From positions 18,464-82,463 of the forward strand of contig JBBQSQ010000001.1 in the NCBI GenBank assembly GCA_038213745.1: a DNA stretch of 64,000 bases. The letters run 5' to 3'. The position numbers and the translations under genes are program-made. Below the pieces are notes generated by a model. It searched no databases. It was given only the letters and a program-made list of their open reading frames with translations, and was not told where the DNA came from. This document shows, one piece after another, positions 28,903-37,769 of the stretch; the stretch's first letter is position 1; each line of letters opens with the position of its first letter. The DNA is from Cytophagales bacterium (GTDB lineage Bacteria; Bacteroidota; Bacteroidia; Cytophagales; Hymenobacteraceae).

Positions 28903-30732
28903 TCAAAAGGTGTAAGTCGCCCCGCCCAGCACGTTGATGCCCTTCACGGGATAGCCGTAGAAGCGCTGGTATTGACGGTTGGCGAGGTTATTACCCATTG
29001 CAAAGATGGATATTTTTGGCGTAATACGGTAGTCGGCGCGCAGATTCAGGTCGATAATCGGGTCGGTAGCACGGTAAAAATCAGCAATTCGCGGCACGCC
29101 TTGTCTGGTGGCGGGCAAGTAGCTGATGCCGTAGCTGGCGGCATAGAAATAGCCTTCCACGCCCAGCATCAGCTTGTCGAACACATTGTAGGTCCCGAAA
29201 ACCGAGCCCTGAAATTCGGGGCGGTGGAAAGGATGCGGCAAGTTTTTGAGGGCGTACTTGTTGTAATCAAGCCGGGTGCCAAGGCGAAACTTCTCGGCCG
29301 CGTTATACAGGAGTTCGCCGTGGATGTTGAGCACGCCGGTGGCGTTCTGGTCGTACACGAGGTCAAATCGGGTGGGGTCGGTGGGGTTGTTGAGGTAGAA
29401 ATAGAGGTTGCGGTCGCGGGCATAAGTGGCTTTCACGTTCAGTTCCAGGCCCCGGGCGGGCGTGGAGGTGAAGCCGGCGTAGATGGTGGGGCCGCGGTGG
29501 GTATCGGCCACGTTCAGGTTGCTGTTCAGCCAGGGGTTCTCGGTACTCAGGTCGTAGCGAGTCACGCGCTGCAACGAGCCGCCCAGCCCGGCATACACCA
29601 TAAATTTCTCGGGCTCAATGGTGTAGCCCAACCGCACGGCAGGATAAGCAACGCCCTTGCTCACGCTGGTAGCCGTGTCGGACGAATAGCCCAGCGTAGC
29701 GCCTACCGAGAAAGCAATGTTCTTATTAACAAACTCATAGGCGGGCGTGGCCTGGATGAAGGTCCGGCTGCGCGTTTGGTTGAGTCCGGGACCCGGCACG
29801 GGCAAAATCACCGCTCCCGAGGTGGCCGACTTATCCGAAATAAAGGAAGCATCGGCGGCCACGGTCACGCGGCTGGTTTCGCCCAGCGCGTAGCCCACTT
29901 TGGCGTTCAGGCGCACGTCGTGCTCGGTGGCATCGAAATTGTCAGCCCAGTAGCGGTAGCCGATGCCGGCGTCGTACGTCAGTTGCTGGTCGGGGGCGCG
30001 GTTGTGGGCGTAGGCCTTGACGGCGAAGCGGTCGAATACCTGCTTGATGTCGCCCGCTTCGGGCGTGGCCACGGGGCTGCCGTTGGCGGCTTTTTCGTAG
30101 CCGTAGAAGTTGTAGCGCTCCCGGCCCAGGTCCACGGTGGCCCCGAAGGCCCCGGTGCCCCGGTACAGCTCGCCCATGAGGTGGGCGCTGGTTTCCGACA
30201 TGCGCGAGTTCTTGCCGTCCACCGGCCCATTAACCGAGCTAATGTGCTTGAAATCGGCCCCGTAGGCATGGTCGGTGTTGCGGGTGCTGTGGAAATAGCC
30301 GCGGCCGTAGAACGTGCCGTAATTGCCAATGGCGGCTTTTACGAAGTTGCCGCTAAGCGGCGCAGGTTCCTCGGCCCGGATGGTCAGCACTTTCACCGAC
30401 GGGGCAAGGCGGTCGGCGGGTAGGCGGAAATCGGGGAAGGTGTAGGCTACCTTGCGGTCGGTTTTGGGCGCGGCCGGAAGCTTTATTTTATCAAAGTTGC
30501 GCGTGGATTCGGGCAATTGGTTCACCCGCTCCTTCACAATCTCAATCTCAGCTTCTTCGATATTGCCCTTGTATTTGCCCTTAGTGGGCTGGGTCTGAGC
30601 CGCTACCGTGGACACCACGCCACCCACCAGCACCGCAGCCAACGCCAAGCCAGTGGCCAGGCTCGGCCCGAAATGCGATTTACAATGAGACTTATTTATT
30701 GACAAACGCTTCATCAGCAAGTGGGTATTCAA
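28903..30732 (-). CDS. Outer membrane beta-barrel protein (TBDR-like barrel, no clear plug); start may be ATG 30714
   Basis: Signal peptide, amphipathic strands, 'NNLANRQYQRFYGYP..G...LGGATYTF' C-terminus. Confidence 0.75.
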   Translation of the reverse strand: MNTHLLMKRLSINKSHCKSHFGPSLATGLALAAVLVGGVVSTVAAQTQPTKGKYKGNIEEAEIEIVKERVNQLPESTRNFDKIKLPAAPKTDRKVAYTFPDFRLPADRLAPSVKVLTIRAEEPAPLSGNFVKAAIGNYGTFYGRGYFHSTRNTDHAYGADFKHISSVNGPVDGKNSRMSETSAHLMGELYRGTGAFGATVDLGRERYNFYGYEKAANGSPVATPEAGDIKQVFDRFAVKAYAHNRAPDQQLTYDAGIGYRYWADNFDATEHDVRLNAKVGYALGETSRVTVAADASFISDKSATSGAVILPVPGPGLNQTRSRTFIQATPAYEFVNKNIAFSVGATLGYSSDTATSVSKGVAYPAVRLGYTIEPEKFMVYAGLGGSLQRVTRYDLSTENPWLNSNLNVADTHRGPTIYAGFTSTPARGLELNVKATYARDRNLYFYLNNPTDPTRFDLVYDQNATGVLNIHGELLYNAAEKFRLGTRLDYNKYALKNLPHPFHRPEFQGSVFGTYNVFDKLMLGVEGYFYAASYGISYLPATRQGVPRIADFYRATDPIIDLNLRADYRITPKISIFAMGNNLANRQYQRFYGYPVKGINVLGGATYTF

Positions 30733-30750
30733 TGAAAAGATGCGCCGATG

Positions 30751-33700
30751 TTAGCGCTTGGTGGCCGTATCGGCCGGGGCGGTGGTGGTACCGCGCAAGT
30801 CGGTGCCGGGCACAACGGCTTTTCCTTTGGCCGGGGCCGGCGTGGTAGTTGACGTTTTGGCCGGCGCTTTTAGTGGAGCCTTGGCGGGCGTTTTCGAGGT
30901 CGGGCTTTTAGGCGCAGTGGCTTCATCGGGCTGGTCGGCCCCGAGCGTTTTCAGGCGCTCCTTGGCGGCGGTCAGCACTTCGGGCACCGGGAAGTTATTG
31001 TCAATGAGCGAATTCAGCGTGCCCCGGGCCTGGAAATTATCGCCGTCGGCCGCGTAAATGTCGGCCACCAGGAGAAACGCCCGGCCCTGCCACAGCTGAT
31101 AGCTGCTGAAGTTGGCGTTCACTTTCAGTGCTTCGGCGATAGCCTGCTCGTTTTTCTTTTGCTTAAATAGGGTTTCGGCCAGGTAATACTGGGCTTCGGC
31201 CCCGTTCACATCGGTGGGGGCGGCGGCTACGGCGGCGGCCAGTTCGGTGGCCGCCTGGTCGTAGCTCTCGGTACGGAAACTGGCTTTGCCCAGGTAAAGC
31301 AGGGCAGCATTGGTGGCGTTGGCGGTAGCGCCGGCCTGGGCGCGGAGCTCCTCGGCTACGCGGCGGGTGCCGGGGAAGTCGCCGGTTTCGTATAGGCTGC
31401 GCATCTGGCCTAGGGTGGCGTTGGCCACTTCGCGGCGGTTGGTGCTGGCACCGCGCAGGCGCTCGTAGAGTTTGGCCGCTTCAGCGTAACTTTTGTTCTC
31501 GAACTCAAGGTCGGCGAGGCGGCCCACGGCGCGGTTCAGGAACTCACTTTTGCCTTCGGTGACCACGGCCCGCAGCCGGACCAGTCCCTGCTGCTTATCG
31601 CCGGTTTTCAGGTAGGAGTCGGCAAGAAAGAACCGAGCATTGGCCCCGAGGGCCGACTCGGGGTATTGCTTCAAGTAAGACTCCAGGCGCAGAATGGCAG
31701 GCTGGTATTTTTCAGCCAGATACAACGACTTGGCCGCTTCGAACTCCACGCTTTCCGTGGCTTTGCTATTCGGGTTTTGAACCTTAAACGAGGCCAAAGC
31801 GGCGTCAAATTCTTCCGTCCGGCCCAGGGCCGCCAGGCTTTCCTGCAAGCTGTAGATGGCTTGGGAAGCGGCTTCGCTGCGCGGATAGTCGGTGAGCACG
31901 CGCTGGAAGTCGGCCACGGCTTTGTCCTGCTGCTGGAGGTTAGCGTAAGCCACGCCGCGCTTCTGCAGCGCTAGGGGAATCAGCGCGCTGCTGGGGCGGT
32001 TGTCAATCAGCCGCGAAAAGCCCGTGACGGCCGGCTGGTACTCACCGGCCTCGAAGGAAAGCTGCGCCTGCTGGAACACGGCATCTTCAGCATAGCGTGA
32101 GTTGGGGCTGGTTTTGAGCAACGAAGCCAGGGTGCTATTGGCTTCTTCGCGGCGGCCCATCAGGCCCAGGGTGCGGCCTTTCTGGTAGTAAGCATAGTCT
32201 TTGTCGGCGGCGTTGGCCGTTATCACCTTGTCGTAGAAGGGCAGCGCTTGTTGGTAGCTTTTGGCCACGTAGTAGGTATCGGCCAGGCGCAGGGTGGCAT
32301 CGTAGTAGTTCGGGTCGGCGGGCTTGGCAGCGTCATCGTTTAGGAACGCAGCAAACTGCGGCCGGGCCTTATCGTATTGCTTGGTGTTGTAGTACGCGTA
32401 GCCCAGGCCGTAGCGGGCCTTCTGCTCAAAGTCTTTTTCCTCGGGGCTCACGCCGCCCTGGCGAGCCGAGCGGGCCGCGGCTACGTAGGCCGTGATGGCA
32501 TCGGGATACTGCTGGCCTACGCTGTAAATCTCGCCGCGTAGCACCTGAGCAGCGGCACGCAACGCATCGTCCGAGGGGTATTTCAACGACTTTTCCAGCA
32601 ACGGCAGGGCGGCGCTGTAGTTGCCGTCGTTATACAAAGTGGCCGCCTCCGAATAGGCTACGCGCTGGTAGGTAGCATCCAGTTTAGTGCTCCGGTCCTC
32701 TATGCCTTCGAGGTAGGTAATGGCCTGCGAGTAATCGGTGGATGACAAAAAGCTGTTGCCCAGCAAATCATCCACAATGGGCTGGTTTTTCGAGCGCGGG
32801 AATTTCTTGCGGAAATCCTTCAGCACATTGATAACCTCGGGCAGGTTGCCCTGCTCGTACTGCACCTGGCCCAGCTTAAGCGTGGCATTTTCAGCAATAG
32901 CTTTGTCGAAGGTGCTCTGGCGGGCCGCCTCAAAGGCCGTTACGGCCTGGGGCTTCTGGTTGGCCTGCACGTAGCTCAGGCCGAGGTGGTAGGCGGCATT
33001 TTGGCCCAGCGAATCGCGGCGCACAGCCACGTTCTTCAGATTGGCAATGGCCCCCTTGAAGTCGCCCATCTTATAGTTGGCGTAGCCAATCTTGTATTGC
33101 AGCGCCGGCTCAATCTTATTACCGTGCACGGCGGCGTACTTATCGAAGTACTCGGCCGCCTCTTTATACTGCTCCTTCTGATAAAAGGCATCGCCCACCA
33201 GCAGCTGTATTTCGTCGGAATTCTGGGGCGGCGGGGTATTTTGCAACGCCTTGGTGGCATAGGCAATCAGGCCGTCGTAGTTGCCTTCCTTGTAGTAAAT
33301 CTGGGTGACGATGGCCGGCACCACCGGCTTGTAGGCGTCGTTCTGCTCGGCCACGCCGAGGTCGGCGCGGGCAGCGGCGTAGTCGCCGGCGCGGTAGCCC
33401 AGGTAACCGGCGTAGTACGAGCTGGCGTATTTGTACTGGCTTTGCACCTGCTTGTTGCGGTCGAACAGCAGCCGGGCTTTTTCGTAGTCCTTCTGCTCGA
33501 AGTAGCTGTAGCCGAGCTTAAAGTCAGACTCGGCCCGCTGGTCGTTGCTCAGGTTGTCGGGCGCTACTTTGGTTAAGTATTGGATGGCCGCCTCGTAGTT
33601 CTTCTGGTCGAAGTAGAACTTGCCCAACTCGAAATAGGCCGATGCGGCCTGCGGATGCGCCGGGTGCTTGGCCGCAAAATCCAGAATGAGACCCTCGGCA

Positions 33701-33984
33701 TCGGGGTGCGAAAGGTAGAGGCCGCTCACGGCGTAGTAGTATTCGGCATCGGCGGTGCGGTCGCCGGCGGTGGGGCCGTCCTGGCTGCTGTGCACCGGCG
33801 CAATGGCCAGGTACTGCCGAAACGCCTCCTGCGCCGCGCCGTACTGGCCGCGGTCAAACAACTCCAACCCTTCCTGAAAGTGCCGCTCATCGGCGGCAAA
33901 CACCTGGGTTTGCTGGGCATAGGCGGCCACGGGGGCGGCAGCGCTCAGGGCGGCGGCCAACGCCAGCCGGGGAAATAGCTTCAT
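30751..33984 (-). CDS. Large exported TPR protein (CpoB/BamD-like repeats)
   Basis: Signal peptide; many TPRs with 'YPxS..A..A.Y' units; ATG start at 33984. Confidence 0.85.
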   Translation of the reverse strand: MKLFPRLALAAALSAAAPVAAYAQQTQVFAADERHFQEGLELFDRGQYGAAQEAFRQYLAIAPVHSSQDGPTAGDRTADAEYYYAVSGLYLSHPDAEGLILDFAAKHPAHPQAASAYFELGKFYFDQKNYEAAIQYLTKVAPDNLSNDQRAESDFKLGYSYFEQKDYEKARLLFDRNKQVQSQYKYASSYYAGYLGYRAGDYAAARADLGVAEQNDAYKPVVPAIVTQIYYKEGNYDGLIAYATKALQNTPPPQNSDEIQLLVGDAFYQKEQYKEAAEYFDKYAAVHGNKIEPALQYKIGYANYKMGDFKGAIANLKNVAVRRDSLGQNAAYHLGLSYVQANQKPQAVTAFEAARQSTFDKAIAENATLKLGQVQYEQGNLPEVINVLKDFRKKFPRSKNQPIVDDLLGNSFLSSTDYSQAITYLEGIEDRSTKLDATYQRVAYSEAATLYNDGNYSAALPLLEKSLKYPSDDALRAAAQVLRGEIYSVGQQYPDAITAYVAAARSARQGGVSPEEKDFEQKARYGLGYAYYNTKQYDKARPQFAAFLNDDAAKPADPNYYDATLRLADTYYVAKSYQQALPFYDKVITANAADKDYAYYQKGRTLGLMGRREEANSTLASLLKTSPNSRYAEDAVFQQAQLSFEAGEYQPAVTGFSRLIDNRPSSALIPLALQKRGVAYANLQQQDKAVADFQRVLTDYPRSEAASQAIYSLQESLAALGRTEEFDAALASFKVQNPNSKATESVEFEAAKSLYLAEKYQPAILRLESYLKQYPESALGANARFFLADSYLKTGDKQQGLVRLRAVVTEGKSEFLNRAVGRLADLEFENKSYAEAAKLYERLRGASTNRREVANATLGQMRSLYETGDFPGTRRVAEELRAQAGATANATNAALLYLGKASFRTESYDQAATELAAAVAAAPTDVNGAEAQYYLAETLFKQKKNEQAIAEALKVNANFSSYQLWQGRAFLLVADIYAADGDNFQARGTLNSLIDNNFPVPEVLTAAKERLKTLGADQPDEATAPKSPTSKTPAKAPLKAPAKTSTTTPAPAKGKAVVPGTDLRGTTTAPADTATKR

Positions 33985-34340
33985 GTAAATACCTGTCGTG
34001 GAGGGACCGTATTGGGCCCGGGAACTCGCCAAAAGTAGCGATAAATGCCCGTAGGTTGCCCAGGTAACGCAGAAAGGCGGATTTCATTGCCAGTTGATAA
34101 CTGGCTGGGGTGATAAGAGACTTTCCGCAGCCATGAATGCGTATGCCAGGACCGCCGGATAGCCTACCAGAACCGCCTTACGTGCTAGCAGGCACATCGA
34201 GAACCTCAGCTGATGGCGGTTCTTCTGCCTGTTCCAAGCACACGAGCAAGTGAAGCAAGTGAGGGTAACCCCAAAAAAAGCCCCATCAGCATCTGCCAAC
34301 GGGACCCTTTATAAATTACAAGCCAGCCCAAGCCTCTTGC

Positions 34341-34541
34341 TTACTTCGGCGTGATGTTCGGCACATTCAGGTTTCCGCTCCTGTAGCGCTTGTATAGATA
34401 AGCAGCACCGGCGGCCAGCAAGGTCCCGCCCACTACTTTGCGCGAGGGCGAAACGCCGACTCGCGTCCCCTCTTCATTCGTCCGGCTGCCGAATAGGCCA
34501 GCCAGAAGGCCCCCAAAGGAACCGCTTGGATTATCGCTCAT
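34341..34541 (-). CDS. Small hypothetical protein (66 aa)
   Basis: ATG ORF directly after holA; hydrophobic 'VVGGTLLAAGAAYLY' followed by KRYR. Confidence 0.55.
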   Translation of the reverse strand: MSDNPSGSFGGLLAGLFGSRTNEEGTRVGVSPSRKVVGGTLLAAGAAYLYKRYRSGNLNVPNITPK

Positions 34542-34598
34542 GGGTGAAATCAGGTTAAGGTGAATTACCCGATTTGTACGGCCAGCCGGGCACAGACG

Positions 34599-35657
34599 TT
34601 ACCCCAACACGCCGGCCGGTACGTTGTGCAGAATCAGCCACACCAGCTCCCGCAGAATCTCGGCGTCGTCCATCGAGCCACTTTCGATGCCTTTGCTCTG
34701 CGCATCGGCCCGCCGTATGTTGTGGATGAGGCCCACTACCCGCTCGGGCGGGAACACGCGCAGGGCCTGCTGGTATTCCTTTTGGGCGAAGCTATTCAGA
34801 ATGCCCAGGCTTTTGAACACGCCATCGGGCGGGTTGGGGCCGGCCTGGTGCAGCACCAGCAGCTTGGTGAAGAAGTTGAACAGCAGCGTCAGGTTCGGGA
34901 TGAGCGGGTTGGCCTTGGGGTTGGCCGCAAAATAGGCCAGAATGCGGTTGGCCTTGAGCACGTCGCGCTGCACCAGCGCCTTTTGCAGCTCGAAAATATT
35001 GTAGTCCTTACTGATGCCCACCATGCGCTGCACCAGTTCCTCGTCGATGGGCTGACCGGGCTTAAGGTTCAGAACCAACTTGTCCACTTCATTCGCCAGC
35101 CGGCCCAAATCGGCCCCGATGTACTCGGCTAGCATGGCCGTGGCCTGCCCCGTAATCTGCTGGCCGCGCCCGCGCACATTGGCCGTGAGCCACTGCGGCA
35201 CCTGGTTGTCGTAGAGCTTCTTGCTGGTCATCAGCAATGCCGGCGAGTCTTTGCCCGAGAGCAGCTTGCCCAGCTTCTTACGCGAGTCCAGCGTTTTGTG
35301 CTTGTAGCAAAACACCAGCACGGTGCTCGGCAACGGGTTTTTGAGGTAAGCCTCCAGGAAAGGCCAGCTCCGCTCCTGCTCCAAATCGGCCACGGTCTGG
35401 GCCTCTTTGACGATGACGACCGAACGCTCGGCCATCATCGGAAACCGCTTGGCCTGGCCCAGAATGGCCGTCACGTCCACGTCCTTGCCATACACTATTA
35501 CTTGGTTGAAGCTGCGCTCGTGTTCAGCCAGCACGGTTTTCTCAATTAAATCGGCCACCACATCAATGTAGTACGGCTCTTCGCCCTGCAAAAAATACAC
35601 GGGTTGAAACTGCCGCTGCTGGAGCTGCTTGAGTATGGCGTCGGCTTCCTGTATCAA
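34599..35657 (-). CDS. holA: DNA polymerase III subunit delta
   Basis: PVYFLQGEEPYYID, FN....YGKD, AKRFPMMAER, GISKDYNIFEL. Confidence 0.93.
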   Translation of the reverse strand: MIQEADAILKQLQQRQFQPVYFLQGEEPYYIDVVADLIEKTVLAEHERSFNQVIVYGKDVDVTAILGQAKRFPMMAERSVVIVKEAQTVADLEQERSWPFLEAYLKNPLPSTVLVFCYKHKTLDSRKKLGKLLSGKDSPALLMTSKKLYDNQVPQWLTANVRGRGQQITGQATAMLAEYIGADLGRLANEVDKLVLNLKPGQPIDEELVQRMVGISKDYNIFELQKALVQRDVLKANRILAYFAANPKANPLIPNLTLLFNFFTKLLVLHQAGPNPPDGVFKSLGILNSFAQKEYQQALRVFPPERVVGLIHNIRRADAQSKGIESGSMDDAEILRELVWLILHNVPAGVLG

Positions 35658-35660
35658 GTG

Positions 35661-35841
35661 GTAAATGAGTAAGTGAGTAAGGGAGTAAAGTGACGTGTGC
35701 CGTAGGCACCAACTCCGCTCCTGGCAAAGGTAAAGCTGCCTAGTACCTTTGCGGGCAAGGCCGCTACCACGCTATTTCGGGTTATAGCTCTCGCCTGCCG
35801 AATACGCCACTTTACTCATTTGCTCATTTATTTACTTACTC
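35661..35841. promoter_or_regulatory. Back-to-back -7 promoters for holA and tyrS inside a degenerate repeat-array inverted repeat
   Basis: CAAAGGTA at 35725-35732 and TACCTTTG at 35744-35751; flanks gtaaatgagtaagtgagtaagggagtaaagtg and cactttactcatttgctcatttatttacttactc. Confidence 0.7.
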
Positions 35842-35842
35842 A

Positions 35843-37153
35843 TTGAACCTCATTGAAGAACTGACCTGGCGCGGCATGTTTCACGACGCCATGCCCGGCA
35901 CCGCCGAACACCTCGCCGCTAACGCGCCCATCACCGGCTACATTGGCTTCGACCCCACGGCGGCCTCGCTGCACATCGGCAACCTGGCCACCATCATGCT
36001 ACTCGTGCATTTGCAGCGCGCCGGCCACCGCCCCGTGGCCCTGGTGGGCGGGGCCACCGGCATGATTGGCGACCCCAGCGGCAAATCAGCCGAGCGCAAC
36101 CTGCTCGATGAAGCCACCCTGCGACACAACCAAGCCGGCATTCAGGCCCAGCTGGAGAAATTCCTGGATTTCAGCGCCGGCCCCACCGGCGCGCTGGTCG
36201 TGAACAACTACGACTGGTTCAAAGAAATCGGCTTCCTGGGCTTCCTGCGCGAAGTGGGCAAGCACCTCACCGTGAATTACATGATGGCCAAGGACTCGGT
36301 GAAGCGCCGCATCGGTGGCGGCGAGGAAGGCGACACCAGCGGCATCAGCTACACCGAATTCAGCTACCAGCTGCTGCAAGGCTACGATTTTGTGCACCTC
36401 AACAAAACGCTGAACTGCACCTTGCAAATGGGGGCCAGCGACCAGTGGGGCAACATCACGACCGGCACCGAGCTCATTCGCCGCCTCGCCAACGCCGAGG
36501 ACCGCGAGGCTAAAGCGTACGCCCTCACCGGCCAGCTCATCACCAAGGCCGACGGCACCAAGTACGGCAAGTCCGAAACCGGCACCGTCTGGCTCGACCC
36601 CGCCCTGACCTCGCCTTACCAGTTCTACCAATTCTTCCTCAACGCCGCCGATGCCGACGCCCCGCGCCTCATTCGCGTGTTTACGCTGCTCACCCAGGCC
36701 GAAATTGAAGCCCTAGAAACTGAGCACGCCGCGGCCCCGCACCTGCGCATCCTGCAAAAGGCCCTGGCGGCCGACGTAACCACCCGCGTGCACTCCGCCG
36801 AAGCCACCGAAGCCGCCGTTGCGGCCTCCCAGGTCCTCTTCGGTGGCGGCGACCTCACCTCCCTCGATGAAGCCACGCTCCTCGACGTATTCGCCGGCGT
36901 GCCGCACCTGCGCGTGCTCCGCGCTGAAATGACCGAAATAAACGCCGCCACGTTCCTGAGCGATTTTACGCTGCACAAAATTTTCCCCTCCAAAGGCGAA
37001 GCCAAGAAGATGATTCAGGCGGGCGGCGTGAGCATCAACCGCGAAAAACTGGCCTCGCCCGATGCGCCCATTGCTGCGCTGCAGCATCTGGCCGGCAAAT
37101 ACCTGGTGGTGCAGAAAGGCAAGAAAAATTACTTCCTTGTAGAATTGGTTTGA
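35843..37153 (+). CDS. tyrS: Tyrosine--tRNA ligase
   Basis: [53 protein letters not shown]; S4 domain. Confidence 0.97.
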   Translation: MNLIEELTWRGMFHDAMPGTAEHLAANAPITGYIGFDPTAASLHIGNLATIMLLVHLQRAGHRPVALVGGATGMIGDPSGKSAERNLLDEATLRHNQAGIQAQLEKFLDFSAGPTGALVVNNYDWFKEIGFLGFLREVGKHLTVNYMMAKDSVKRRIGGGEEGDTSGISYTEFSYQLLQGYDFVHLNKTLNCTLQMGASDQWGNITTGTELIRRLANAEDREAKAYALTGQLITKADGTKYGKSETGTVWLDPALTSPYQFYQFFLNAADADAPRLIRVFTLLTQAEIEALETEHAAAPHLRILQKALAADVTTRVHSAEATEAAVAASQVLFGGGDLTSLDEATLLDVFAGVPHLRVLRAEMTEINAATFLSDFTLHKIFPSKGEAKKMIQAGGVSINREKLASPDAPIAALQHLAGKYLVVQKGKKNYFLVELV

Positions 37154-37172
37154 GCACTCTCCCCCGCAATAC

Positions 37173-37205
37173 AAAAAAGGCCCCGCCAATCGGCGGGGCC
37201 TTTTT
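37173..37205. terminator. Bidirectional intrinsic terminator
   Basis: aaaaaaggccccgcc-aatc-ggcggggccttttt. Confidence 0.85.
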
Positions 37206-37240
37206 GTCGTCCACGAAATCCGAAGAATCCGTGACCTGGA

Positions 37241-37516
37241 CTACTTCTTGGCCGGGGCTTTTTTAGCCGGAGCAGCCTTAGCCGGAGCAGCTTTTTTAGC
37301 AGCTGGCGCAGCTTTCTTAGCAGCTGGAGCAGCGGCGGCAGCACCCGTGTTCTTGGTGTTCTGCACCTCCGTGCGGAACGCCTGGGCCATCGTTTTCAGC
37401 TCCTGCATGCCCTTGCGTACGCGCGTGCCGGCAGCAGCATTCTGCTTGTCGTAGAATTTCGAAAAGTCGTCTTCGAGCGACATCACGAGGTCCTTCAGTT
37501 TGCCAAAATTGTTCAT
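37241..37516 (-). CDS. Histone H1-like (Hc1-family) nucleoid protein
   Basis: 'F.KFYDKQNAAAGTRVRKGMQELK' core plus PAAKKA repeat tail; ATG at 37516. Confidence 0.85.
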   Translation of the reverse strand: MNNFGKLKDLVMSLEDDFSKFYDKQNAAAGTRVRKGMQELKTMAQAFRTEVQNTKNTGAAAAAPAAKKAAPAAKKAAPAKAAPAKKAPAKK

Positions 37517-37769
37517 TGGGAATTGGGTTTGGGGTGAAAAATGAGTTTGTAGTGGTGTTAAGCCGGCCCTAATATACAGGGATTTCAAATGCAAGCAAGT
37601 TTTCCACTTTTTTTCTAAAACCCCCTCCCCGCCTTTCAGAGGCTGATTTTGCCAAAAAAAAGGCCGTTTGCGCGAAATGCACTACCCGCCATCTTCTTCG
37701 GATAGTGCAAAAACAAACGCGCCGACCACCCTCTCGGGCAGCCGGCGCGAAGTGCCTTGGCAGGCTGTT

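Noticed and set aside
28972-30423. Long antisense or alternate-frame ORFs (also 53741-55093, 47528-48718, 19935-21086, 61731-62831, 4488-5585)
   Set aside because: They shadow well-supported genes in GC-rich DNA and show no recognisable motifs.
35658-35842. T-box riboswitch before tyrS (or thrS)
   Set aside because: Leader too short, no T-box consensus, and the space is explained by promoters and repeats.
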